Origin: Escherichia coli | GTDB lineage: Bacteria > Pseudomonadota > Gammaproteobacteria > Enterobacterales > Enterobacteriaceae | NCBI RefSeq assembly: GCF_003018235.1 | Contig: NZ_CP027437.1 | DNA: 64,000 nt | Reading direction: 5' to 3' (one strand) | Shown here: in pieces, positions 1 to 7,583 of the stretch | Numbering within the stretch: the stretch's first letter is position 1 | Layout of the letters: each line of letters opens with the position of its first letter | Notes under the pieces: model-generated | The model's database searches: none | What the model saw: only the letters and a program-made list of their open reading frames with translations | What the model was told of the DNA's origin: nothing | Program-made: the position numbers and the translations under genes

Positions 1-17
1 GGGGTAAGATTTCCGGC

Positions 18-521
18 TCATGATTCGATGATTTTCAGAAACGGGTTAGTGGCTTTCTTCTGCCCCGCCAGGCCAATCAGACGCTGGCGGCTGCTGGGGT
101 CGAGTCCGAGCATTGCCCCCGTGCTGCTCATCTCGGACTCCTGTTCTTTTTTGGCGGTCAGCTCCGGGTTTTTGACCATACCGCCCATTGCACCGGTGAT
201 GGTGTTGCCCTGGCTGGCAATATTCTTCACGGCACGTCGCCAGAACTCATAGGCCACGCACCACCGCTCAAGTACCGCCAGGTCAGTCACGCACAACAGG
301 CCCTGACCGCAGAGTTCTTTGGTTGTCAGTTGCCACATGATCGTGGCGAGAGGGAGATCTTCTTCAGCGAACCACTCCGGTGGCTCAACACCTTTGATGG
401 GCGTAAAAACAGGTTCATCTTTGTTCAGGGCTCGCTTGCCGGGGTTTCCGGCCAGCGCCTTGCGCGCCGTTGGCTTGGGGCGACGCCCGGAACGCCCCGC
501 CGTTCCAGCCATATGCGGCAC
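18..521 (-). CDS. Phage terminase small subunit, P27 family
   Basis: 167 aa. N-terminal GRSGRRPKPTARKALAGNPGKRALNKDEP is the typical P27-family TerS motif. It sits downstream of an HNH gene, as in HK97-like cos packaging modules. Confidence 0.8.
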   Translation of the reverse strand: MPHMAGTAGRSGRRPKPTARKALAGNPGKRALNKDEPVFTPIKGVEPPEWFAEEDLPLATIMWQLTTKELCGQGLLCVTDLAVLERWCVAYEFWRRAVKNIASQGNTITGAMGGMVKNPELTAKKEQESEMSSTGAMLGLDPSSRQRLIGLAGQKKATNPFLKIIES

Positions 522-551
522 TCCTGGTTAAATTTCATTTTTCGCGGGTAT

Positions 552-611
552 AAAAAAACGATGGGGCGGGCAGTCCGGAAGACATCAGGTCACAGGGATT
601 TGACCCGCCCC
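552..611 (-). terminator. GC-rich hairpin plus U-tract between HNH and terS (terminator-like; the cos site may lie in this gap)
   Basis: GGGGCGGG (563-570) pairs with CCCGCCCC (604-611). On the minus strand this is followed by ATCGTTTTTTTA. The loop is long (33 nt), so the call is tentative. Confidence 0.35.
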
Positions 612-637
612 TCCCCTCTGGCAGTGGGAACTGGTTC

Positions 638-988
638 TTACTTCAGCCATTCACGGGCCGTCTTCGCCTTGTGGCACGGCCAGCACAGACTCTGCAGATT
701 ACTGTCGGCATCAGTGCCGCCATGTGCTTTAGGGATGATGTGGTCAACGGTTTTCGCCTCACGCACCACACCGGCACGCAGACATAACTGACACAGGCCT
801 TTGTCACGCTTCAGGACACGCACGCGGATAACATCCCACTTCGAACCATAACCGCGCTGATGACGAGATTGTCCTGGCTTGTATTGCTTCCAGCCTTCGC
901 TTTTATGGCTTTCACAATAGCCTGACGGGTCAGTAGTGGTATTGCGGCAACCGCGAACGCGGCAGGCTTTTGGTGTTCGTGGCGGCAT
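638..988 (-). CDS. HNH endonuclease (packaging-associated)
   Basis: 116 aa with the motif CQLC...VDHIIPKAHGGTDADSNLQSLCWPCHKAKT (HNH/zinc finger). Adjacent to terS. Confidence 0.85.
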   Translation of the reverse strand: MPPRTPKACRVRGCRNTTTDPSGYCESHKSEGWKQYKPGQSRHQRGYGSKWDVIRVRVLKRDKGLCQLCLRAGVVREAKTVDHIIPKAHGGTDADSNLQSLCWPCHKAKTAREWLK

Positions 989-1040
989 ATCTACTCCAAT
1001 GAAAAAGCTACCGGTTGATAACCGATGGCTTTGATTGTTC

Positions 1041-1235
1041 TTACCTGTTTTGAAGAATCTCCCGCTTTCTTACAATACATTCCGTCGTTTCTCTATAGCT
1101 GCACACGTGCTCCCGTGAACATTGGTATGTGTGCAATTCGCCGATGGCATCACCGATACCAGTCAGCACATCTTTTTCATGCAGAATGGTCACCTGCAGA
1201 CGGTTGGTTGGGCAGATAATGTTTGAATAGTTCAT
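1041..1235 (-). CDS. Hypothetical 64-aa phage protein
   Basis: Internal ATG of ORF 1041..1412, preceded by AAGGAG 8 nt upstream (minus strand: gcaaaggagacaccaaaATG). The SD lies inside a 12-bp inverted repeat at 1236-1268. Confidence 0.5.
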   Translation of the reverse strand: MNYSNIICPTNRLQVTILHEKDVLTGIGDAIGELHTYQCSREHVCSYRETTECIVRKREILQNR

Positions 1236-1409
1236 TTTGGTGTCTCCTTTGCTTTCGAGACACCAAAATCCCATCACGACACGTTTACCGCCACAAACAT
1301 TATTGCAGGCACCCATTGAATACCTGCGGGACTGATAAACACAGCCTCCTCCATACGTAGTGAAACCATTTTCATATCTCCAGTAATGAATTCTTTGAAG
1401 AGTCGCAAT

Positions 1410-1432
1410 CAATACGACTCACTAATGGGGAG
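1410..1432 (+). promoter_or_regulatory. T7-group phage RNA-polymerase promoter-like sequence
   Basis: cAATACGACTCACTAATGGGGAG versus the T7 consensus TAATACGACTCACTATAGGGAGA. Fourteen contiguous identities cover -16..-3 and a GGG start is present. Confidence 0.4.
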
Positions 1433-1535
1433 GCATGTCCAACGCGTTGGACGAGTTGCCTACTTGATTTAGATGACACTTTAGAAGGACAGAATGCCTT
1501 CCTCACTCAAATAACATCAATTAAGGAGGTTCAAC

Positions 1536-1658
1536 ATGCTTCGTTCCAAAAGTCAGTTGACTGTAATTATTACTACGTCACCTTATGCCGAAGACCTTTT
1601 CCGCTTCACTTTGAGCCTGATTCACTTCTACCTGACCGGCTCGCCTCTATCCTTCTGA
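1536..1658 (+). CDS. Hypothetical 40-aa peptide behind a consensus SD
   Basis: TAAGGAGGT, 5 nt, ATG. Translation MLRSKSQLTVIITTSPYAEDLFRFTLSLIHFYLTGSPLSF. It overlaps the 3' end of Rz1 in antisense, so it may be non-functional. Confidence 0.3.
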   Translation: MLRSKSQLTVIITTSPYAEDLFRFTLSLIHFYLTGSPLSF

Positions 1659-1881
1659 TCCCCGCTTTATCCAGATTGCACTGCCCTAGCGCCGACAACA
1701 GACTGACATTCAAATCTAGACTACCCGCATAAGTCAGCGGTTCAGAAATGGCTGGTTGCGGGGTTTCAGCGGTCAGACTCGCCGGTAACGGTATAGCCGG
1801 AACTGGCACGTAAACTGTCCGCGAACTTTCGCAACCGGTCAGCAGCGGCAGCAGGCACAGGGCGTACAGCACAATCATCAT
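1606..1881 (-). CDS. Rz1-like outer-membrane spanin lipoprotein (overlapped type)
   Basis: Starts MMIVLYALCLLPLLTGC (lipobox LLTGC) in the +1 frame inside Rz, followed by a Pro-rich mature part. It extends past the Rz stop. Confidence 0.65.
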   Translation of the reverse strand: MMIVLYALCLLPLLTGCESSRTVYVPVPAIPLPASLTAETPQPAISEPLTYAGSLDLNVSLLSALGQCNLDKAGIRRIEASRSGRSESGSK

Positions 1882-2158
1882 CCGCAACAGCCACTTTGAT
1901 ATCAGCCTGGGTTCTCTGTGACTCCAGTGCGATCTGCTGTTTTGCATGCTGGTTAGCCTCCAGAACTGTATTGACGATTTGCAGTGATTGCAGGACGTTA
2001 TTGGTAATAGCGGTTGCCGATTCGGCATTTTGTACAGCCTCATCAGCACGTTTCTTTTCGCGCTGGTATTTGCTGTGGTAGTGGTTAGCTGACCAGACGA
2101 GAGAACCGAATAAAGTCAGGAGGAAAGCAGAAATAACCAGCTTATAGCGAAGTTTCAT
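1766..2158 (-). CDS. Rz-like inner-membrane spanin
   Basis: MKLRYKLVISAFLLTLFGSLVW gives an N-terminal TM segment, followed by coiled-coil-like sequence. It sits immediately after the endolysin and contains the embedded Rz1 start. Confidence 0.75.
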   Translation of the reverse strand: MKLRYKLVISAFLLTLFGSLVWSANHYHSKYQREKKRADEAVQNAESATAITNNVLQSLQIVNTVLEANQHAKQQIALESQRTQADIKVAVADDDCAVRPVPAAAADRLRKFADSLRASSGYTVTGESDR

Positions 2159-2618
2159 TAACCACCCCGCCAGCTTCTTTGAATTTGGCAATCAGACTAT
2201 CGATCTTGTGTTCATACTGACCGTAGCCAGCACCGGGCAATGAGGCCCAAATATTGCTGCAACGATCAATAGCCTGACGAATATCACCCCGATCAATCAG
2301 CGGCAGCGCGCCGCGTTCTTTAATCTGCTGTAACGCCACCGCATCCTGGCTTTTCGGGGAGAAATCTTTCAGTCCAAGCTGTTTACGGTAGGCGTCCCAC
2401 CATTTCGACAGCAGTTGATAACGCCCGGCGGCGGTGGATTTCAGTTTCGGGTTAAGCGTAACCAGCTTACGTGGATGATCGGAGTAATCAGTAAGCAGTT
2501 CGCCACCAACGATAACGTCATAACCATGATTTCTGGTCTTCTGCCATCCGTTATCAGTTCCTTCTGACCACGCCAGCATATCGAGGAAGGCTTTACGCTG
2601 AGGATTAAGGTTTTGCAT
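2142..2618 (-). CDS. R: Endolysin, lambda R-type lytic transglycosylase
   Basis: 158 aa. QRKAFLDMLAWSEGTDNG..TRNHGYDVIVGGEL..DYSDHPRKLVTLNPKL is recalled as near-identical to lambda R. Confidence 0.93.
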   Translation of the reverse strand: MQNLNPQRKAFLDMLAWSEGTDNGWQKTRNHGYDVIVGGELLTDYSDHPRKLVTLNPKLKSTAAGRYQLLSKWWDAYRKQLGLKDFSPKSQDAVALQQIKERGALPLIDRGDIRQAIDRCSNIWASLPGAGYGQYEHKIDSLIAKFKEAGGVVNETSL

Positions 2619-2922
2619 TTTTCACCCCTGTCAGTCGTTCCCAGAAGTAAGTCAGCGCAACTGAACCCATTGCACCGCTGATCCCTGCTGTGGCGAGAAT
2701 CATGTAAATGCTAAATCCGCTTTCGATACTTATCAGGCCACCAATAACACCGGTAAAACCCGATACCACTATCTGAGCCAGAGCATTAATCCAGCTCCAT
2801 GTTGCTTTGCTCTGCTTCACATCAATCAGGTAACGGACAAGCCCGCCCCAGCACGCGAAGATCAGCAGAACGAGCCAGGACATCCCGGCAATGCTCTCTT
2901 TTTCGTGCATATGAATAGCCAT
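2605..2922 (-). CDS. Holin (105 aa, dual-start MAIHM motif)
   Basis: Lies directly upstream of the endolysin and overlaps it. Has multiple hydrophobic segments (WLVLLIFACWGGLV, IVVSGFTGVIGGLISI, IYMILATAGISGAMGSVAL) and two Met codons 4 codons apart. Confidence 0.7.
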   Translation of the reverse strand: MAIHMHEKESIAGMSWLVLLIFACWGGLVRYLIDVKQSKATWSWINALAQIVVSGFTGVIGGLISIESGFSIYMILATAGISGAMGSVALTYFWERLTGVKNAKP

Positions 2923-2951
2923 GATTTTGCCGCCGACGGATGATCGGGACT

Positions 2952-3449
2952 CTAAATGATAGGGAACAGACTCACGGGGTAATTTAACGACAAAGCACGG
3001 AGTTGAAGATCCCCACAAGCCTGGAATAAAAAAGCCAGCGACAGGCTGGCAATGTGAGGGTAACGCAAAGTGCTTAGAAACAAAAAAAGGCCGCCATCGG
3101 CGACCTTCGAGGTATCTAGCGTGCTGGATACTTTCAGCTTCGCCTTCAATTCAGCGTTGATTTCTTTCAGGCGATCAACATCGTTTTTAAGTTTTTCAAT
3201 GTCTTGCCCTTTATTATCAAGGTCGCGCTGAAGACCTTTAATAATTTCTGTTTGGGCCGCCTGTACTTCTCGTGTCGTCTGGAGAGACTTATCAATATCA
3301 TCAACTTGGTTAATCAAGCGTGTACCGAAAAAGCCTACAACTAACATAGTTATCCCAACCATAAAGTTGAGAACCCAGACTTTTGTTCCGGAAGCAGTGT
3401 TTGGAGTTTCGTCGATAAAGTGCACCTTATGCCAGTTAAAGTTACCCAA
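2952..3449 (-). CDS. Hypothetical membrane-anchored coiled-coil protein (moron); 3' extent doubtful
   Basis: TTG start, one TM segment (VWVLNFMVGITMLVVGFFG), then a heptad-like region (DIEKLKNDVDRLKEINAELKAKLK). The last ~45 codons read through two terminator hairpins. Confidence 0.4.
   Translation of the reverse strand: MGNFNWHKVHFIDETPNTASGTKVWVLNFMVGITMLVVGFFGTRLINQVDDIDKSLQTTREVQAAQTEIIKGLQRDLDNKGQDIEKLKNDVDRLKEINAELKAKLKVSSTLDTSKVADGGLFLFLSTLRYPHIASLSLAFLFQACGDLQLRALSLNYPVSLFPII
3025..3050 (-). terminator. Rho-independent terminator upstream of the holin
   Basis: Minus strand: GCCAGC-ctgtc-GCTGGC followed by TTTTTTATT. Confidence 0.6.
3082..3105 (-). terminator. Rho-independent terminator
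   Basis: Minus strand: GGTCGCC-gat-GGCGGCC (one G-U pair) followed by TTTTTTTGTTT. Confidence 0.55.
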
Positions 3450-3537
3450 CGTCTGCGCAGATCGTTAGATTCGGCAACATTGTAACTGGATAAGGAATAG
3501 AAAACCTTGGAATTTTAAGAAGAAACTGATTGATCGA

Positions 3538-3627
3538 TTATTTAACGAGCGAACACATCCATACACCCCAGACGGGTACTACGACAAAGGCCATGAAATA
3601 AGTAACTTTTGCTTGAATGTTTTGCAT
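3538..3627 (-). CDS. Hypothetical 29-aa hydrophobic peptide
   Basis: AAGGAA SD, 5 nt, ATG. Translation MQNIQAKVTYFMAFVVVPVWGVWMCSLVK. Too short for the ORF track. Confidence 0.3.
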   Translation of the reverse strand: MQNIQAKVTYFMAFVVVPVWGVWMCSLVK

Positions 3628-3750
3628 TTCGCTTCCTTAGCAGTCCGATAAGTACTGTCTGCTCATCCAACCTAACGAATGTAGATCAGAATGACAAGTC
3701 TTTCGCGCTAATTTCAATTTGATATCTGTTCGTAAACATGATGGCGCGAA

Positions 3751-3779
3751 ATATTACGCATGAAGTGCTTCTACATCAA
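3751..3779 (-). promoter_or_regulatory. Candidate sigma70 promoter of the moron
   Basis: Minus strand: TTGATG, 17 nt, TAATAT. Confidence 0.35.
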
Positions 3780-3811
3780 CATAAAAGTTACTTTTTTTGT
3801 GTTCACAGCAT

Positions 3812-3843
3812 GTAAAGTAAAAGCCCCGCACGATGGCGAGGCT
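3812..3843 (-). terminator. Terminator about 80 nt downstream of the candidate late promoter (tR'-like)
   Basis: Minus strand: AGCCTCGC-catcgt-GCGGGGCT (8 bp, one G-U pair) followed by TTTACTTTAC. Confidence 0.5.
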
Positions 3844-3896
3844 GTTAATTCTTTGTCGACCAACAAAGCTATGGCGACGATATCAGATTTACATGA

Positions 3897-3925
3897 AATA
3901 TAAGCGTTTCAGTTCGGTTTTGCAA
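3897..3925 (-). promoter_or_regulatory. Candidate late promoter pR' overlapping the Q stop codon
   Basis: Minus strand: TTGCAA, 17 nt, TATATT. A -10-like TAAAT in the initial transcribed region could serve as a sigma-dependent pause for Q loading. Confidence 0.5.
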
Positions 3926-4598
3926 GACTTACGTGCAAACTTGTCGCCTTTTGTTGTGAACGTGATCGCGTTACTGAGATAAGCGCACCGCTATCGAGTC
4001 GCATAAAGCAGCTACGCATTGCCAACCAGTGAGGCAGGTATGTCTCTGTCCAGGTGGATTTCGCCACGCCAACCAGTTCCGCCAGCTTCTGGTATTCGTA
4101 GGCATCTTTCCCGACCAACCCTGCTTTGACATCCTGCGCTGCCAGCCATATCAGCTTCTTCAGGCGCTCCATGGTCTTGCCTGCCACCCTCTTCGCGCCG
4201 AGATACCCCCTGAATTCAGACCACGCCCACTGGGTGATCGCCACCTGGTATTCAAAGCTGATGTTTTCACTGTAACTCCACAGCAACCACGCTTTCTGAT
4301 GTTCTTCGAGAGACAGAACCGCGCGGCGCCATGAAGATGTTGAGAACTCAACCTGGCTGACCAGTGCAATGGATGAACCTTTTGCGTACGACTGCTTACC
4401 GGAAATCGGCGGATTATCCAGCGTAATCATCTTGCCCGTTACCTCATCCAGAATGCGCGGCTTCTTTCGTTTATATGTACCAGTATCAAATTGTGCATGC
4501 TCCAGCCAGGCTTCAAGCTGGCCTTTCGTTGCTCCGCTCAAATCAGCAGTAGCCACAATGAGTTGCTCGCGGACATACTGTAAATATTGGGTATTCAT
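3909..4598 (-). CDS. Late-gene antiterminator Q (229 aa; not the short K-12 QuuD type)
   Basis: Position between ylcG/rusA and the lysis cassette. The sequence resembles the long Q-family antiterminators of lambdoid prophages, by recall only. Confidence 0.75.
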   Translation of the reverse strand: MNTQYLQYVREQLIVATADLSGATKGQLEAWLEHAQFDTGTYKRKKPRILDEVTGKMITLDNPPISGKQSYAKGSSIALVSQVEFSTSSWRRAVLSLEEHQKAWLLWSYSENISFEYQVAITQWAWSEFRGYLGAKRVAGKTMERLKKLIWLAAQDVKAGLVGKDAYEYQKLAELVGVAKSTWTETYLPHWLAMRSCFMRLDSGALISVTRSRSQQKATSLHVSLAKPN

Positions 4599-4735
4599 GC
4601 GGCAGCTCCTTTCAGTGTTTTGGCGTAATTCTTCAGTATCCGGTAATCGGTCAAAACAGAACCGGGGAAACGATATAAGCGCAGGCGCATCCAGCGGTGG
4701 CGAAGACGTTCTGCCATATAAGACTCAAACATCAT
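4595..4735 (-). CDS. ylcG: YlcG-like small protein (46 aa)
   Basis: [50 protein letters not shown] overlaps couple it to both rusA and Q. Confidence 0.7.
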   Translation of the reverse strand: MMFESYMAERLRHRWMRLRLYRFPGSVLTDYRILKNYAKTLKGAAA

Positions 4736-5094
4736 TCATTCCCCAGTTCGGTGATGGTCAGCTCCAGCTTCCCACCTTTGGTAACGGGCATCTTCACAAC
4801 ACGGTAATCAACGACCTGAACATCATCCAGCCAGAAACCTGCTTTGGTGAGTGCGTCAAAAGCGGCTTTTTGCAGATTATCCAGGTCACGGCGACGGCGA
4901 TCCGGCATGTGGCACTCAATACGGATTTTCACAGGCATAGCCAGGCCGATATCCAGCATTGCGTTTTTAATGATTTGGGCGACGTTATCGCGGTATGCCT
5001 GCCCCTCTGCGCTGACGTGCGTGCGCCCGCGATTATGGCGGTAATAGCGATTATTGCTCGGAGGCCAGGGTAATGTGATGCTGTAGGTATTCAC
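4732..5094 (-). CDS. rusA: Holliday-junction resolvase RusA
   Basis: 120 aa. [38 protein letters not shown]...[19 protein letters not shown] matches recalled RusA. Confidence 0.95.
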   Translation of the reverse strand: MNTYSITLPWPPSNNRYYRHNRGRTHVSAEGQAYRDNVAQIIKNAMLDIGLAMPVKIRIECHMPDRRRRDLDNLQKAAFDALTKAGFWLDDVQVVDYRVVKMPVTKGGKLELTITELGNE

Positions 5095-5381
5095 GCCTTA
5101 ATAACCCCCTCTTTCAGCCAGATAACCTGTGTTCTCGCCATACCTTCCAGCGCGCATTCTTTTGCATATCCAGCGTCAACAAAATGCGTGCGACGGTCGA
5201 TCTCATCGTGACAGGCAGAACATGCAATGGTGGCAATCAGGTCTGGCGGTTTGGTACCGGTGCCACACAATCCAGCCAGCCGGATATGTGCCAGTACAGA
5301 CGTTTCAGGGTTGCCATTACATATGCCAGGGATTCTTACCTGGCATTCCCGACCACGCGCTGCTTTTCTCAAATCAGCCAT
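5091..5381 (-). CDS. ybcO: YbcO (DUF1364, NinX-like nuclease)
   Basis: The 96-aa form starts [32 protein letters not shown], as in K-12 YbcO. Confidence 0.9.
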   Translation of the reverse strand: MADLRKAARGRECQVRIPGICNGNPETSVLAHIRLAGLCGTGTKPPDLIATIACSACHDEIDRRTHFVDAGYAKECALEGMARTQVIWLKEGVIKA

Positions 5382-5544
5382 GATTCCTCCTTGCTGCCAG
5401 TCGCAACCATTTTTTATCAACCAGGCTGGCGGTATACCCTAGCAGCGTTGGTATTTCGGATGGCTTCAGCTCAGGCTTACGCTTACGACGATTTGGTACT
5501 CTGTAGATGTGTCCGTTCATGACCCGAATAAGCGGTGTAGTCAT
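5374..5544 (-). CDS. ninE: NinE-family protein (56 aa)
   Basis: [33 protein letters not shown]... The position between ybcN and ybcO is that of ninE. Its start overlaps the ybcN stop (TAATG). Confidence 0.65.
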   Translation of the reverse strand: MTTPLIRVMNGHIYRVPNRRKRKPELKPSEIPTLLGYTASLVDKKWLRLAARRNHG

Positions 5545-5999
5545 TACGCCTCCTGCTTGTCGCGCAGCAGCTGGAACTCGCAGCTCTGTGGAATAGTCAG
5601 GTGGCAACCAATATTCATCGCCCAGGCTTCAACCTTACACAGGAAGACATACATCTCTCCGGTATCAAGATCGGAGGTATGGCGTAACGACTGGATAGTG
5701 GTGATATCACCGGTTACGACATCAACCAGGTCTTTGGTTTCATAACCGAGATATGTGTGTTTGAGAGCATCTTTTACCCAAGCTGGAGTGGCGAACGTTT
5801 TACCCCTGCTGATGAGGTATTCACTGATTTCGCTGTACCACATGTGGCTGAGTGCATTCTGGGAAAGACTGCGTCTCTCGCGCCACGGTTTAAGCACCAT
5901 GCGAAAGCATTTGCCGTCCTCCAGATAAGGCTGGATCTGCCGACCGATAGCGGTGAAGTTACCGCGATGCAATTTGATACCATCTTGTGGGAGGTTCAC
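5544..5999 (-). CDS. ybcN: YbcN (NinB-position DNA-binding protein)
   Basis: 151 aa, GTG start. [41 protein letters not shown] matches recalled YbcN. Confidence 0.9.
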   Translation of the reverse strand: MNLPQDGIKLHRGNFTAIGRQIQPYLEDGKCFRMVLKPWRERRSLSQNALSHMWYSEISEYLISRGKTFATPAWVKDALKHTYLGYETKDLVDVVTGDITTIQSLRHTSDLDTGEMYVFLCKVEAWAMNIGCHLTIPQSCEFQLLRDKQEA

Positions 6000-6097
6000 G
6001 CTTCACCTCCGCAGAGATCAAACGCTGGATGCAAAATATCGCAGGTGCATTTCTGCATCTGTGAATGGAGAAGAGAGGTTGGATTGTATGTGCGCAT
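5996..6097 (-). CDS. ylcH: YlcH-like small protein (33 aa)
   Basis: [33 protein letters not shown]. The stop overlaps the ybcN GTG (GTGA). Confidence 0.55.
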   Translation of the reverse strand: MRTYNPTSLLHSQMQKCTCDILHPAFDLCGGEA

Positions 6098-6191
6098 AAA
6101 CGTCCCCGTTTAGCGCAGAAGTCACCGGAGGAGTTCAAACTCTGGTGACTTAATTATGGCAAGTTGATTGTTGAAAATCAATTTAGTGGAT

Positions 6192-6974
6192 TTAGGCGCA
6201 ATACAAAGGATCATTAGCAGCTCTAATACCGCCCTGAATCGCAAGCCCTGTATGGCAATTTGACATTGAGCATGATTGCCATCTGTGCAAGGGACCTCCA
6301 TTAATCGAAACTTCCAGCAGATCTTTATCTCCTTTCATCCTGACCCCTTCATACAACATATCAAGACGCTCAACAATCAATCCTGTTGGAGGTTCCATTT
6401 TTAGAACGAGGGCAAACTCTCCTGGCCCACGTCGTATTGTTATACGCGGGCCGGTACACTCCACATCCCAATTGTCTGATTTAGCTTTCCATTCATTTTC
6501 ATCTATCAGTAAAGTCTCCTTACCAATAGAATTACAGAAAATTCCTGATAAAAGCATCGGTCCATGTGGTATGGGTGAAGGTTTCACAGAAAGAATGGGT
6601 TGTTCGTTGACTACAATCAAATTTTGACAGTTATGAAACGTCACTCCTGCAAATTTTACTGTTATAGGCTCATTATGAAAATCAAACATTTCATTTGCAA
6701 AACCAGCCTGTAAGCACTTGGGATTTCTGTCAGCTATTTCCACTGTCTGTGCTGAAAGTCTACCACGAGCTCTTTTTTGATTGCATTGGGAGCAAAGAAG
6801 TGTCATTCCATTCGGATCATGTACTTTGGCATCAACGAAGTCAGGTTTAAAATGCTCATAATCATAAAATCCAAATCCACAAATTACACAGCCAAAGCCG
6901 CACCTTTGCCTTATCTGACGTTTTATTGTCTCAGGTATTCTTCTTGAGAGCCCGTGTTTATTAATATTGTCCAT
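6192..6974 (-). CDS. HNH-nuclease-domain protein with an uncharacterised ~170-aa C-terminal domain
   Basis: 260 aa. The N-terminal sequence CGFGCVICG...YDYEHF...HDPNGMTLLCSQCNQKRARG has two CxxC pairs plus His and Asn. AT-rich. It replaces ybcL/ybcM of K-12 DLP12. Confidence 0.7.
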   Translation of the reverse strand: MDNINKHGLSRRIPETIKRQIRQRCGFGCVICGFGFYDYEHFKPDFVDAKVHDPNGMTLLCSQCNQKRARGRLSAQTVEIADRNPKCLQAGFANEMFDFHNEPITVKFAGVTFHNCQNLIVVNEQPILSVKPSPIPHGPMLLSGIFCNSIGKETLLIDENEWKAKSDNWDVECTGPRITIRRGPGEFALVLKMEPPTGLIVERLDMLYEGVRMKGDKDLLEVSINGGPLHRWQSCSMSNCHTGLAIQGGIRAANDPLYCA

Positions 6975-7148
6975 ATGGTTAGTACGCTATAAGTTTGTTT
7001 CTATAATTTTACCACAATAGATAAGTTTGTATCAGAAATCGCTATATGGAGTGAGCGGAATATTTATATTATTCATGCAATTGCTCTCCCGTACGCAGCC
7101 CGCACTTCCGTCATCGCAGAATGACGGAAGCCTTACTAACTAGCGCCT

Positions 7149-7472
7149 TTATTGAAACAGATTCTGAGGTAAATGCGGCAATACTCGACTCCACTTATCA
7201 TCCTGCCACGGCTGAAGTTTTACATGTGCCGTTTCTCGGACGAGGATTGCTCGCGCTCTGTTGAGTATCTGGGGATATTCTTGCTCGATGGAAGTGAAGT
7301 GACCAGCTTCACCATGCTCCGCATCCTGAAGAAGATGAGTAACGTTCTGGTAGGCAATTAACATCACATTCCCTGCTCGCCATAACCAGGCGAGTGTGCA
7401 AAGTTCGTTATCAGTGAATTGTTTTGTGATTGGGGATTGTTGAACTGCTAGAACGAGAACGCCAGCATCCAT
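7149..7472 (-). CDS. Hypothetical protein (107 aa)
   Basis: ORF only; no motif recognised. It lies between ybcK and the HNH gene on the same strand. Confidence 0.45.
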   Translation of the reverse strand: MDAGVLVLAVQQSPITKQFTDNELCTLAWLWRAGNVMLIAYQNVTHLLQDAEHGEAGHFTSIEQEYPQILNRARAILVRETAHVKLQPWQDDKWSRVLPHLPQNLFQ

Positions 7473-7583
7473 TGGCAGTCCCTATAGTAAAACCATAGCT
7501 CAGGACGCTTCGTTCAGGATAGATAATTTTATTGTACTTACCTAACTTTCTTACTATAGCACGGTTGAAAAAGTGATTATTAC

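Noticed and set aside
1236-1412. The Cys/Gly-rich N-terminal extension of ORF 1041..1412 (GGGCVYQSRRYSMGACNNVCGGKR), considered as a microcin-like peptide. Also a 33-aa ORF at 1274..1375.
   Set aside because: There is no leader or double-glycine motif and no export or immunity genes. A strong SD precedes the internal ATG at 1235. The alternative 33-aa frame has only a weak case. Left unannotated.
7085-7135. A 9-bp-stem hairpin, CTTCCGTCA-tcgcagaa-TGACGGAAG, downstream of the 107-aa ORF. Also a hairpin at 6127-6150.
   Set aside because: There is no U-tract on either strand, so these are not called terminators. They could be protein-binding or processing sites, but nothing supports a specific function.
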